A stretch of 63,445 nucleotides of DNA, counting the filler, from Rhabdomonas costata (taxonomy: Eukaryota): the NCBI GenBank assembly GCA_019059605.1. It is 56 parts of 56 records of this genome, joined end to end, with 100 filler letters (N's around TTAATTAATTAA, not from the genome) between each part and the next. Parts side by side here need not be neighbours in the genome. Positions count along the whole stretch, not along the records: positions 23,837 to 24,870 come from JAHMHO010032262.1; positions 24,971 to 26,005 come from JAHMHO010032263.1; positions 26,106 to 27,140 come from JAHMHO010032264.1; positions 27,241 to 28,275 come from JAHMHO010032265.1; positions 28,376 to 29,410 come from JAHMHO010032266.1; positions 29,511 to 30,545 come from JAHMHO010032267.1; positions 30,646 to 31,680 come from JAHMHO010032268.1; positions 31,781 to 32,815 come from JAHMHO010032269.1; 48 more parts are not named here. One strand, given 5' to 3'. This document shows positions 24,414-36,570 of this stretch, in pieces (positions within the stretch are counted from its first letter, which is position 1; each line of letters opens with the position of its first letter). Under the pieces are notes generated by a model, which was given only the letters and a program-made list of their open reading frames with translations, was not told where the DNA came from and searched no databases. Made by a program: the position numbers and the translations under genes.

Positions 24414-25169
24414 CTGCAGAAAAGAAAAAGAAAGCCTCCTCACACCATAACACCATAAGAGCACCGCAAACAAGATAGAGCACAAGTGCGATTGAGGTTT
24501 TGGTTGGAGATTGGTCATGTCTCGTGACGGGTGGTCGGTTGCCTTGACTAAGATATGCCTTAAGCTGGATACTGTGAGCGCGCTTGTGTGTGTGTGTGAC
24601 TGCCAGCAAGAGTTAGCAGACAACCCTGCACCCAGAGCTTATCAGCCTCTGCTGAGATTCTTTGAATCACCGACGAAAGACGATTAAATGGAGCCCAACA
24701 ACAGTGGGTGGGTGCACAGCTTCACCGCCTCGCCTAAGGCAAAGGTTCACAGGACCCTGCGCTCGAGCTCGCACTCGTACTCTTCTGAGATCTCAAAAAA
24801 AAATTCTCTGTGCAACCACCGCACTCCCACACACACACACATGCCACACGCTCACTCCGCATGCCCCACANNNNNNNNNNNNNNNNNNNNNNNNNNNNNN
24901 NNNNNNNNNNNNNNTTAATTAATTAANNNNNNNNNNNNNNNNNNNNNNNNNNNNNNNNNNNNNNNNNNNNTGTTTTGGGTGAAGGGACCACTGCGGCGTG
25001 GAGCTGTTGGATGCTGCTGCTGCGGCCGCTATCTGGGGCGCTCGATGCGGGTGTTGTCTGGGAGTGTGTGGAGCGCGGGACCCCAAAGACCTGGAGAAAC
25101 CTGCTTCCGCCGGCGTCCTGCAAAGATGGCGCTGGCTTTGTCGGCTCTGGACCGGGTTTGCCGTCAGTC

Positions 25170-26005
25170 CTGAGAATGAACGCCCAGACCTTGGGGAACC
25201 ATATCCGAAGCTCCTTCACACGGATGTCGACGGCTTGCCACCTCTGGGAGATGAAGCACCACCAGACTTTGTCGACCATTTGCTTCGAATACCCCAGATG
25301 GCATTCCGGAAGACCGTCGTCCATATGACTGCAGGTCTCTGGCAATGAACCAGACGCCCCATAATGACTCCTGCAATTTGTTATCGTTGGGCAACTGTGG
25401 CGTGGTCTGGGTGGAGCACAATGCGGTGAGGATATGACCCCTCGCTATCATCCACTGTGGTGTGAAGGACATTGGTGCCGTCCTCCCAACGCTTCTCATA
25501 GACGATAACCACGAGCCCTTAGCTGTTGTCCTGTTCTCAATGCCGCAGGCATCTTGCGAGGGGAGTGGCACGCCTGCCGAGTAAATATCGTCGATATAGC
25601 GGCCAACGGCAATGGACCTTCAGGGCCCGAGACGGTATGTCTGCGCCTTCTCGACAGGGTAGCATGCCAGGTTGGCAATCTGTGGTGCAGCGGGCATTCC
25701 CATGGGCATCCCCTTGATTTGTCGCAGAACACGAACGCCGAAGTTGACGTAGTTGTGCTCAATCAGGTAATTCAGGAGTTCTGCGATTTGGGATCGAGTG
25801 TCGCCCTTTACCACCTTGGACCACCCCTTCGGTCAGAGGGTCATTTCAAGTGGAGCGCCGTATTCAGTCATCCCAGAGTCCTGCTGGGTGACGAAGTCCC
25901 AAGCCTCATCGACAGCTTCAATGGTCCTGTCGATCATCTACCGGAACGGGAAGGAGGTGTACATGGTGCAAAAATCCACCGTCTCTTGCCCGTTCTAGAG
26001 CACAA
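25170..26005 (-). mobile_element. Decayed Penelope-like element reverse transcriptase
   Basis: One frame with in-frame stops carries VDFCTMYTSFP, HNYVNFGVRVLRQIKGMPMGMPAAPQIANL and RYIDDI. Frameshifted thumb-like segments follow (YPHRIV..., GVIMGRLVH, GYSKQMVDKVW). Confidence 0.85.
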
Positions 26006-26206
26006 NNNNNNNNNNNNNNNNNNNNNNNNNNNNNNNNNNNNNNNNNNNNTTAATTAATTAANNNNNNNNNNNNNNNNNNNNNNNNNNNNNNNNNNNNNNN
26101 NNNNNATCGCCAGCCTCGCTTTGGAACAGAGTTGATTTCGAAACGAGGCTGCCGTGACGTGTAAATGTACAGGTGTGGGGGGAGGGAGGTCACGGTTCCC
26201 ACTCGT

Positions 26207-26657
26207 GTGACCGTCACCACTGGTGACCGTTACAAGCGGTAAAACGTTATTTTATCGGAGGATATTTTAGAAAAGTCGTTATAGGATCCTTGATCCCTAA
26301 ACCAATGCTGTCCTACTCGCCACAGCCGCGGGAACCCCGAGGCCTACCAGCCCTCAGCCACCGTTCCCCCTCCGCCGCTGCCTATCTAGGCTCCACGGCG
26401 GAGAACACCGAGAACTTCCAATGCAGTCCTACTCGTCCGGCCATATCCCAGCAATTGGTAGGACCCTGGCCAGCAGTTTTTCAGCAGCGAAGCAAAAACA
26501 CACATCTCTGAAACACTGACAAAGTTAACCTGACCCCCTTACACTACAATAAAGTCATCTTCAGAGTGCTAGCATCTTTTAGCTGACCGTTTTGACCGCT
26601 AATTTAGCAAAAGCTTTTCTGTTAACAATAGCAAACGTCACCAGTGGTTATGGTTAC
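26207..26657. mobile_element. MITE-like element of about 450 bp with imperfect terminal inverted repeats
   Basis: gtgaccgtcaccactggtgaccgtt (26207-26231) versus the reverse complement of 26634-26657, plus a second inner arm pair (agcggtaaaacg / cgttttgaccgct). Confidence 0.5.
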
Positions 26658-27719
26658 CAGTGTAAACCGCTACATCTCCCCCCAACTTCCATTGGGCCAT
26701 TTGCAAGCGACAATGAGAGGAACAAAATCAAATGAGACAATTGGCCAATTATACAGAAATCCGCTTGTTTGCGGAGTCCCTTACACCACCCATCAAGTCC
26801 AACGGCACCGAACAGCTCAACAAATGCGGGCATTCCTGAATCCAATCCGCCATCAAAACCCGAAATTTCAACAACCAGAGTGCAACATTCGAAAGCTCAC
26901 CTAAGGTTGTAGTGCGCCATCATCTCCGAAAACTCCTTCAGAAGGGCCGCAACAGCTGCACTCGAGGGCAGGGCAGAGACGGAATCTCCGCCCCTCGGGG
27001 GAAGTGTTGGGGAGTACCGCCTCCTCAAGTAGGCCTCATACACCCCCGTCGGGATGTACCGCGGCTCCTCCCGAAACGGGGGGAATCGCTGCATCGCCGC
27101 GGGGAGGCTATCCCCCGTGCTCATCCCACACCACAACCACNNNNNNNNNNNNNNNNNNNNNNNNNNNNNNNNNNNNNNNNNNNNTTAATTAATTAANNNN
27201 NNNNNNNNNNNNNNNNNNNNNNNNNNNNNNNNNNNNNNNNGTGTGCAGGTTCATAAAAATAGCCGTGAAGTTTGTGGATGTTCCCCTGAGCTTCGAGAAG
27301 CCCCTCCGGCAGAGAACCGTGGCAGACGTCGCGGGCTCTACTGCAGCGGCACAGTCTACCACAGGGATGGAAGTGGGGGGTTTGAGCAGGTGCCGTATAC
27401 GCGCCAAAGGGTCTCAGGAACAGACGGCAAAAAACGCAGTGAAAGGACCTGGACAGAATTATTTCGGCGGGACAACAACAGTTACGAACTCCTCGCTCCT
27501 CTGATGGATTCCGGAACAAAGCAAACCTCGACAAAAAAACAGGAGCAAGCGCAACTGGGCCTTGAAGGCAAGGCAAGCGTACCCGGATAGTCAGTTCCAT
27601 ATGCGGGAAAAAACGCGTCCACCTCTCCAAGTAGGTGGAGCATAAATTATGACTCACATTCAGAACAAATAAAATTGAAATGCAGACGCACAGAACAATG
27701 AGCAAACAACGCCAGCTCT

Positions 27720-27874
27720 TCAGCTCTTCCCAGAGGTTCGCGAGCGGCGTATCCGGTCCAGCCTTTGAATGTGTTCCTGCTGAAAAGGATTGACGGAGCT
27801 GCGCTCCTCGGTGCCGATCTTTGCGACCTGAGGCTTGCGGCTGACCCACTTATCCGAGGGGTTGTATATCGGCC
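27720..27874 (-). CDS. Terminal exon with a SHIPPO/PGP-repeat-like motif (axonemal protein candidate)
   Basis: CAG|(G)PIYNPSDKWVSRKPQVAKIGTEER...* resembles the PGPxxYxP...G..R repeats. Confidence 0.45.
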
Positions 27875-28375
27875 CTGCAGGGAAAAAACCACAGCGACTG
27901 GACACAGCCTTGTAATAATAATGACACGTGTCACAAGTGCTGGTTTTGGAGCAAATAAACCAATTATAAATCGGGATACATCAAAACAAATTAAGGTGCT
28001 TATCAGCACTAAGCAAAGAAAGTCAATGTAGTGCCTGGAATGAACAAGAACATTGAGGAGGCATTACCTCAGACAAAAGGACAAGCGGATAAAAATTTGC
28101 CTCCTCAGAATTGTAGCACTGATGCAGAGTCTATCAAAGTTAAACGAAAACCCACCCCACCCCCCTGCCGGTATTTCTCTGTGCAATTGAAATAGCAGTT
28201 GGGAAACTCCACAAAAGCAAACACATAAATACCACGGCCTGCTAGCTGTCAGAATCCCACAGCACTGCTACATGTNNNNNNNNNNNNNNNNNNNNNNNNN
28301 NNNNNNNNNNNNNNNNNNNTTAATTAATTAANNNNNNNNNNNNNNNNNNNNNNNNNNNNNNNNNNNNNNNNNNNN

Positions 28376-28479
28376 GGGGGTGGCGACGGGGCGTCCTCCC
28401 CAGCGTACCCGGCCCGCACCGTCGCCGTGCCCGCGTCAAGCACCACCTTGCACTGCGGGACATCTTCCAAGGGATCCAT
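28376..28479 (-). CDS. N-terminus of a divergent actin-related protein
   Basis: MDPLEDVPQCKVVLDAGTATVRAGYAGEDAPS matches the actin-fold phosphate-1 motif (VxDxGxxxx[KR]AG[FY]AG[DE]DAP). It is too short for the ORF track. Confidence 0.85.
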
Positions 28480-29823
28480 GCTCTACTTTCTTGGAGGCCA
28501 AAAACACAGAAAAACACAAGGGATGCACTGACGAGGGATCCTGCGATCTTGCAGTACACTCACGGAAGAGTAGTGTAAAAAAGACTTCTGTCGGAAGAAA
28601 AAGAAAGTGACACAGGGTCCCGCAATTGTCCCGCATAAACAAAATATGCTTCACCTTCCAGCAATAAATCCGTAACTTCTTTGTGTCGATTTCCCGGGAT
28701 TCCAGAAAATTCCACCAACCGAAACTGATCAATAACACCCACGCAAACAAAAGAAAGGAAGAGAGGAGAACTGAAACAAAATATTCAGGACACCATCACA
28801 AGGTAAAAGCAAAAAGTGCACGGAGAAGAAGGCAGAGCTCTGGTAAGTGTGCATTATTTTCGTGGTGCGAATTTTGCGCGGGGGATTTTCCTGGGAAAAA
28901 GCACCCAACAGCCGCGCTCCCACCGCGCACTTTGCTACCCCAATATCCCTAAATAAAACTTCCATCCCTTGCAATTGAATATCGAAGAAACAAAGCGAGC
29001 AACTGAGCACCACAGCAAGCATCAGTATCGCAGTGGGCAGCTGAACACACACAACCTCTCCCTCCTTCACTCACACAAAGAAACAGATACCAGGGCCTCT
29101 CCGTGAATGCACGCGCATGAGAGTGTGTGTATTTGTAGAGTCTGTAGAGCTTGGGCGGAGGATGGGGGTGAGCGGTGGCGACCACCCTCTGCCATAAACA
29201 CTGCGCTCCGCTTTTTCTACGATGATGGAACAAGGGAACCTCGAAGACCTCCGGTGACAGGAAAAAGCAGGCTAGGGATACAACAAGCGGAATATGCTCC
29301 ACCAGAGACGCAGAAGCCCAGGGCGTTGGAAACTCAGCTCACGCATCGCCCTCCTCCACATCGCTGTCCAAGGGGGGAGGGGGGCGATGCGTGAGCTGAG
29401 TTTCCAACCCNNNNNNNNNNNNNNNNNNNNNNNNNNNNNNNNNNNNNNNNNNNNTTAATTAATTAANNNNNNNNNNNNNNNNNNNNNNNNNNNNNNNNNN
29501 NNNNNNNNNNGGGTGGTGGTGTACACCACCGCGGAGGTGTTGGGGTGGCCCGCCGCGAACATTGGCGTCAGAGCAGCCATCAGCGGCACCGCCAGGCCGC
29601 CCTCGCTGCACCGAACGGTGGGCAGAGGCGAGCCCTGGCCGTCTAAGACCCACAGAAGGGGCAGCAGCAGCAGCAGGAGCTGCAGCCGTGGAAATGAGAG
29701 AGGAGCTATCGCAATTGAGGGAAGTGCCATGCGCGTTGGTGGTGGGGTATGGGAGGAACACTTGAGGCTTCGCAGTTGTTGAGTTTTTGAGTTCGTGAAA
29801 TCGACAGCCAACTTTTCCCTCAG

Positions 29824-29947
29824 GAAGCTCCGGCAGAGGCTGCAGGTGATGGCTGCGCGGCTGAACGACGTGCAGGTCGCTGTGGAGCTGTCGGACGCCA
29901 TCGCGACGTTTGACCTGGACAAGATGACTTTTCTGGAAGATCTGGGG
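29824..29947 (+). CDS. Host exon of an unknown protein
   Basis: CCTCAG acceptor, GTGAGT donor, peptide KLRQRLQVMAARLNDVQVAVELSDAIATFDLDKMTFLEDLG. Confidence 0.6.
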
Positions 29948-29982
29948 GTGAGTGTGCCCTAGAGTGTGCAGTGTTAATGTTC

Positions 29983-30470
29983 GGCATAACTACAGAATCC
30001 CGCCCGACAGAGAAAAGAGAACATCACTGAAAACAACCGTCCTTGATGCAATCCAGCAAAACCAAAAAAGGATCAGAGTGTGCAGGCAAGTTCCGCCGCC
30101 ACTGGAATTCCTTAACATTTGTCTCTAAATGCTCAGGCCGAACGCCCCCGCAAGCTCTCAGGAAGGTTTTCAGCTGCCCCCAGGCCCCATCAATGCCCTG
30201 GGTTGAGACGACGCGCAGCTTGCCGTTAATACGCTGCCGTCTGCAAAACTCGCCTTTGTTGTGATCCACTTGGGCGTTGAAAATGTTCAAATCCTTGCAA
30301 ACGGACGAATAAGGACGAATAATCTGGCGCCGTCCGTGAACAGCAGGGATCCAGGAGCGACCCTCTCAACGAGAGAACGGACATCCTCTGCTGACGGAGG
30401 ACCATACCTGCGCTCATTCTCCCTCCACAAGCAGGCGTCCCGAATGTCGCTCAAAAAGACCTCGGAAATC
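29983..30470 (-). mobile_element. Merlin / IS1595 (ISXO2-like) DDE transposase C-terminal half, frameshifted, antisense in an intron
   Basis: VAPGSLLFTDGAR / VDHNKGEF / STQGIDGAWGQLK / GGVRPEHLETNVKEFQWRRN. The frameshift falls at a tandem ggacgaataa duplication (30303-30322). A possible terminal repeat starts GGCATAACTACAG at 29983. Confidence 0.9.
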
Positions 30471-32057
30471 ACCTTTAACGTCAGTGTCATGGCCACGCAA
30501 GCCCTTCCTCTTCCTCCCAATCTCCCACTCGTCACCCCCCACCCCNNNNNNNNNNNNNNNNNNNNNNNNNNNNNNNNNNNNNNNNNNNNTTAATTAATTA
30601 ANNNNNNNNNNNNNNNNNNNNNNNNNNNNNNNNNNNNNNNNNNNNAATGGGAGAATGATTTCCGGCACGCCTGCCCTTCTCCCCCACCATACCAATTCGG
30701 CCTTACCCACTTGTACGTCCAAGCTGCCCCTCGCTGTGCCTCGGCCCTCTTCCTTCCATGTCATCCTGGTTGCACCCTCGCTCACGTGATCCAAGGTCCA
30801 CACTGTAAGCCGGGCCCCCGATGGACGCGTTTTTTCTCCAACCTTCCGCGCTCGTACTCCCTGGGTCCCTTGGGTCATCCTGCCCATGCTTCAGAAGGTA
30901 ACGCCCAGCAAGAGATTGGCATGCTTCACGATCTGAGGCACCATAGACATGAATTGGCCTCTGTGGGCATTACCAGGAATTCAGTCTGGAGCCTCCGCTG
31001 ATAATGTTGTACCTGTTTCTCAGAGAATTTCGCTGCGCTTCTTTGCTGCATCTCATGAAAAGTACACATCACAAAACTCATTACATTTGGCAGGATTCGG
31101 TACCAGTACCCGGTACAGAGAGTGACGGGAGGGAGTCTAGAACCCAGCATCCTCCCGACCCGTATACAACCTAGCAACCCTAAATTTCCAGAAGAATCAG
31201 AACAAAAAACCTACAAGGGAAAGAACCCGGAAGAAAAGGCGGCCGCATCAAAAAAAAAAACACAGCAAGGCGATATTGCCATGGTCCGTCCAGACACGCG
31301 AGCGCTGAAGCTGTAAAGGCATTCTGCCACAGCTGCTGAGTGCAGGCAATGTGGGTAGCGTGCAGCAGCTCGGAGAGAAGTGGGTGGGAGGTCGGGATTG
31401 GATTGGGAGTGTCCCCAACCCCCCAAAGGCTCGCAGATTCACGTGTTGAATTCAAAAAATACACAGAACACAAAACGCTTCAGCCGCGACGCCGCAACAT
31501 TGCTCAGGAACCCGTGCCTAAAAGACGAGAAGATAACCCCACGGCAGAAGAAAACGCAATATCGCATCGACCTCAGCCACAGACCAAAATGCATAACAGA
31601 AACTGCTGTAGCACTTGAAGCTGGTCCATCACAGCTTCCAGCCAGTCATGCATACCATTGCTTTGAAGCTCCCACACCACNNNNNNNNNNNNNNNNNNNN
31701 NNNNNNNNNNNNNNNNNNNNNNNNTTAATTAATTAANNNNNNNNNNNNNNNNNNNNNNNNNNNNNNNNNNNNNNNNNNNNTGTGTACACCGTGCATGTGT
31801 CTCCTTCAGAGACGTTTGCAGCATTTGCCTGCGCAAGCCTTGTGCTGCGCGGGTACCTGTAGCAAACAAGATTTCAAAAATGCATTTTGTCCTTTTCCTC
31901 TCCTCATTCTCTAATTGAGTTTTTCGGCCCCACAAGAAGACGAAAGTGTTACAAACGGAATGTGCATCGCGGATCTACGTGTGGGCCGGCCCGAAACACA
32001 AGTGTCAGTCCGCGTCGCTTGGACTTTCTCGGCCTCCCCCTCTCCCTCGGTCCCCAG

Positions 32058-32237
32058 GTCACCCTTGGGGATGGCCCCGCGATCACCAAGATCGCGCTGA
32101 AGTGCGTCGGGGTGGTGCCGGGGTGCGACGCCAAGAAGTTCCAGGAGACCGCGCTGAAGGCCAAGGAGGGCTGCCCCATCTCCAAGGCCCTGGCCGGTGT
32201 GGCCACGATCACCCTGGACGCCAAGCTGGAGAACTGA
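32058..32237 (+). CDS. osmC: OsmC-family peroxiredoxin, last exon
   Basis: AITKIALK...VPGCDAKKFQETALKAKEGCPISKAL..ITLDAKL* matches the bacterial OsmC C-terminus with the second catalytic Cys. It is preceded by a pyrimidine tract and CAG. Confidence 0.9.
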   Translation, partial: VTLGDGPAITKIALKCVGVVPGCDAKKFQETALKAKEGCPISKALAGVATITLDAKLEN

Positions 32238-33779
32238 GAGCCCCTCCCCATTCCGGCGCCTTCCTTGGGTGTGCCTTGGCAGTCTCGTTTTTTATCTAGC
32301 GAACTATTTGAGAGTCGGTTTTTAAGGGTCTGTGAATTTCACAGGGTGCGCGGTGGGCGAGTTGGAGTCGCCTACCTTCTTCCTGGTGCTCGACGGTTAT
32401 ACAATCCTCGGGCGCAGTCCAGGGGAGGGTACCCTCCGCTTGCCAAGCGTGAGTAAGTAGCGTGTGTCTTCATGTAATAGGATACCCCTTAGTTGCTGTT
32501 CCGCACTGTAAGTCCATCTTCCTGCTGGATTGAAGTATATACGTCATCCTCTGCCCTGGATGAACCTCTATGTTTGACGGCGGGTGCTGGTGCCATTCCC
32601 ATGGTTTCCCGAAAATGAAAGGAAGAGGTATCGGTGGAGCATTTTCACCTCTCGCCTCAGAGCAGCAGAGCAGAGCAGAGCAGCTGGCTTGCAGTGAAGG
32701 AATCCCGTTGTGGTTTTATATAAAGGAGAAGCCTCCTACTCCACTCCTAACATAACAGGAAAGCAAAGGACGAACTTCCTGCATTTTTGGGAAACCATGG
32801 GAATGGCACCACCACNNNNNNNNNNNNNNNNNNNNNNNNNNNNNNNNNNNNNNNNNNNNTTAATTAATTAANNNNNNNNNNNNNNNNNNNNNNNNNNNNN
32901 NNNNNNNNNNNNNNNTGGGGTAAGCCTTGCGGATGACAACTGAGAGCACGAAAGCAGAAGCATGACAGTGGCAACGCACGGGTTCCACCAAAAAGGCGGG
33001 TTACACCTAAATATGGTCGGAGCGTTGGGATGAGTCCAACGTTGCGTAATGTGCAGGTGAGCGACATATAGAACTGCGATGGTAATGGCATAAAGGTAGA
33101 ACCTGCGATGACCGGAGGTAGTCACGTAACACAAAGAGTCCCACAATTAACAGCTGGTGTGCTTGAGTTCAGGTCCATCAATAATATTTTACTCGCACTG
33201 CAGACAGAGGTTATGTGGGGGGAGGGAAGGTACCGCACTGCACAGAAATATACTGCCGGTTTGCTTCAATGTAATAGAAAAATAAACGCACCTTCTGTCT
33301 GTGATAATTTTTATTTGTCCCTGCTGCAGGTCTCATCGCCTCATCCAGTGCTCCAGCACACATTACCTTTGCTGCCTTCGGCAATCTTCATTGCCACTTG
33401 TCCGTAACTTTTGCTGATCAAAACACAACAATCCACAACAATCCACGTCAAAGTCTCACAAACTGACAAGGCTGAAAAAACAAAACAGCAACAGCGGGAG
33501 CCATGAACAGACATTCTAAGAGCAAAAAAAAGAACCGCAGGCACATGAACTTCCCCTCAGCTGTGCCAGGGAACCTCGCGTGCAGAACGCAAGGGGCACA
33601 GCACTCAAGAGCATGACATTAGCGCAAGCAAGCACATTCTCGCCCAAGGCCTCCAAAAAGAATTCGTATGAACAATCCATCACAGACAGAGTACAAGCTA
33701 CAAAGTTACAACCTCCCGCACAACCACAGCGGGGCCTATGAACGGATTCACCGAGTTGTTCGCAGCGTCAGAGAAATTA

Positions 33780-33846
33780 TCAAAGATCATCGTTGTTTGT
33801 CATGATAGAAATGAACTCATCCTCGTTAATCTCCCCGTCCTGGTCC
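33780..33846 (-). CDS. Centrin (centrin-3/Cdc31-like) last exon, final EF hand
   Basis: CAG|g DQDGEINEDEFISIMTNNDDL*. Confidence 0.7.
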
Positions 33847-36329
33847 CTGAATGTCAGGAAACAGAGGAAAGTAACACTCGCTGACGCTGATTGTCTACTA
33901 CGTGACTACTGACGCTGATTGTCGCCTGCGATAGGGAGGCTTTACAAAAANNNNNNNNNNNNNNNNNNNNNNNNNNNNNNNNNNNNNNNNNNNNTTAATT
34001 AATTAANNNNNNNNNNNNNNNNNNNNNNNNNNNNNNNNNNNNNNNNNNNNTTGTTGGTGGCTGGATCGGTCTTCCCTTTAAAGACCGTGCTCAGTTGCGA
34101 GTTCCTGTGAGGACTTCCTGTGAACACGCCGGTGATGAGTGCGTCTACCAGTCCCACCATCACCTCCCTATAAAAGGGAAGACCGATCCAGCCATCAACT
34201 TTTTCGCACAAAACCCATTCTGTACACAGAAGAGCACTGACCTGCTAATGTCGCGCAATACAGGAAAGGGAACGCCTCTCTTTCTCCGCGCTTCTCGCTC
34301 TTCAGAAGAGAAGAGAGAAGCGCGCGAGGTTCAAGCGGCTAACAGGAATCAGGCATACATCGGTACAAAGCACGAACATTAAGCGCCAACATACAGAAGA
34401 AACGAGCCAAAACTTTTACACTGCTTCCCATGCCAAGAACAGAAGCCTCAGATACCGCATAATGAGGGATAAAGGGCAGCCTCCCTAACAGTCGCCGCCC
34501 TCACTGGCCACTCACAGCCACTATGCAAAAACAAGGCTGCCACAAAGAGGACCGCATCCCTCGCACTGAATTAAGGGCTCCACGTCAGCATTTCCACGGC
34601 CCTACGAGCAGAGTTCGCCACAGGGGGCTTGTCCGCGTTGTCTCGAGCGATAGTCTGCAGCAGAGGGATTCCGCGCTGCATCTTTGCCCTGGGACGAGGG
34701 AAGGTGGGAAGGTGCTGTTACTGATGAAAACTCGAAAAAAAAAACCAGAATACACACAAGGTCAGCACTGAATCCACTTCCTCCCGCATGAAAAAGGCAG
34801 AGAAAACAAGTTGCGGACTTTCGGTTCTGATGAGATCAGATGAATGCAACGCAAAACGAGAGTTTAGCAATAATCCAACCGGGTCTACAAGTTCACAAAA
34901 CGAAGGAGGGGGTGGCAGGAACCACTGAAGCTCTCGATTAATTCACCCTTTCACGAAGACTTCACCGAGAGGCACCTTCCCCCACCATTGGTGAGCGACC
35001 GAAACCAGAGGACCCAACCTGCGACTCCTACTCTTTGCTGACGGCAGTGTCGTCCCACCACCAACCAAACACACCCACCCCCACANNNNNNNNNNNNNNN
35101 NNNNNNNNNNNNNNNNNNNNNNNNNNNNNTTAATTAATTAANNNNNNNNNNNNNNNNNNNNNNNNNNNNNNNNNNNNNNNNNNNNTTTTTTGGTGTAAAA
35201 AGGCGCGCAGCAACGTCAAGTCACAAGGTTTTCTAGAGCACCGTGACGGCCCAATTAGGAAAGCGCAAGGCCGCTCGCCAAATCCACAGTAAGAGAGTCC
35301 ACAGCAGCGGGGGAACTCCTGAGCGGTGGTTTCAGGTTACGTTACGGTTAGCATCTAATGCATGGTATCTGTACTGTGGGAACATCTGACATCTGAGGCC
35401 TTGAATCACATCGGGGTCTCAAACAATTCCACGTGGGGTTCAACATTTAGGAGTGGAACGTAGTGGAACGACGCACACAGCCCCTCAGGAAACAACGGAT
35501 CCCTTGAATTTCGCTCCTTTTTTTTTTTTTTTACAGCTATCAGAACCGCAGCTCTTCGCCGCCGGCGTGGCTGGGGGACTTTTCCACGGGGGCCAGCCAC
35601 GCCCTGCGAGAAGTTCCCCGAAAGGACACCACCATCACTGTCCGCCACACATTTCGGGTGTTTGCACCGCAGCTGTTCTGATGCTCACGCATGTGTGCAT
35701 ACGTACATGTTCACATGCACGCACGTGGTCTTTTTAGAAGCGCGAAGAGGACTCTCGTCCCCAAGCGAGTCAAAACAGAAATTATTATCTGCCTCAATTT
35801 GTGTATGCTCGCACACTTGCACTGGCGTGTGGTATATCTTTTAATGCTGAGCAGCCTGGCGGTGAACCGGTGATGAACCAACTCGTTCCTCATCGCCAGC
35901 CGCATTCCTTACATTGTGTGGCTTCTCGGAAATAAGAGAAAAAATCGCAAATGCCGTTGGAAATATGGAGCAGAGTAGGGTGTAGTTCGAGCACAGCATT
36001 TTATTCGGGGTCAGTGTCATAATGCGCTCTTGGTTTCTCCTTGTCGGGTCGCGATGGATGGACGAGCTATGGGGTTCATGTTTCCTGTGGTAATGCTCTA
36101 TGTGTGGGATGTTTCCTAGAGCGATACCATGGATGGCCACCACTGTTTGCGATGCTTCCATCTGGCCTATTGGACGTTTGCTGCATCCACTCAGCTCAGG
36201 GACATCGGTCTCCCTGGGCTNNNNNNNNNNNNNNNNNNNNNNNNNNNNNNNNNNNNNNNNNNNNTTAATTAATTAANNNNNNNNNNNNNNNNNNNNNNNN
36301 NNNNNNNNNNNNNNNNNNNNTGTTTTTGG

Positions 36330-36570
36330 GATGCTCAAGCCCCGCCCGCGGACACTGACCTGTTGTGCGAGGTCATCCAAATCCCTTGGGCCGAGGGCAT
36401 CACCCCTCTGGGCCCGTTCGCGAGCAGTTTAACAAGGTCGAAAGAGAGCTTTTGGAGCGCTTGTGCGTGCTGGGCTGTCCACAAAGCGCTTTACTGATCA
36501 TACACTCCTTTTTTGGGGCATGTAAAATTGTTCACCTCTTGCGTTGCTTACCGCCTTTTCCCTCCTAAAC
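36330..36570 (+). mobile_element. Fragment of a CRE-clade non-LTR RT (post-RT/thumb region)
   Basis: LLERLCVLGCPQSALLIIHSFFGACKIVHLLRCLPP resembles the PQxAxxLLRxCxxxxKxxYLLRxxPP motif of CRE-type elements. Confidence 0.65.

Noticed and set aside
29321-29410. Long hairpin at the contig end
   Set aside because: Perfect arm flush with the contig end and an imperfect inner priming site; treated as a fold-back artefact.
32583-32815. Inverted repeats of about 40 bp enclosing about 150 bp
   Set aside because: Mismatches are confined to the inner priming region and the outer G/T tail; treated as a fold-back artefact.
34051-34200. Inverted repeat at the contig start
   Set aside because: Same terminal fold-back signature.
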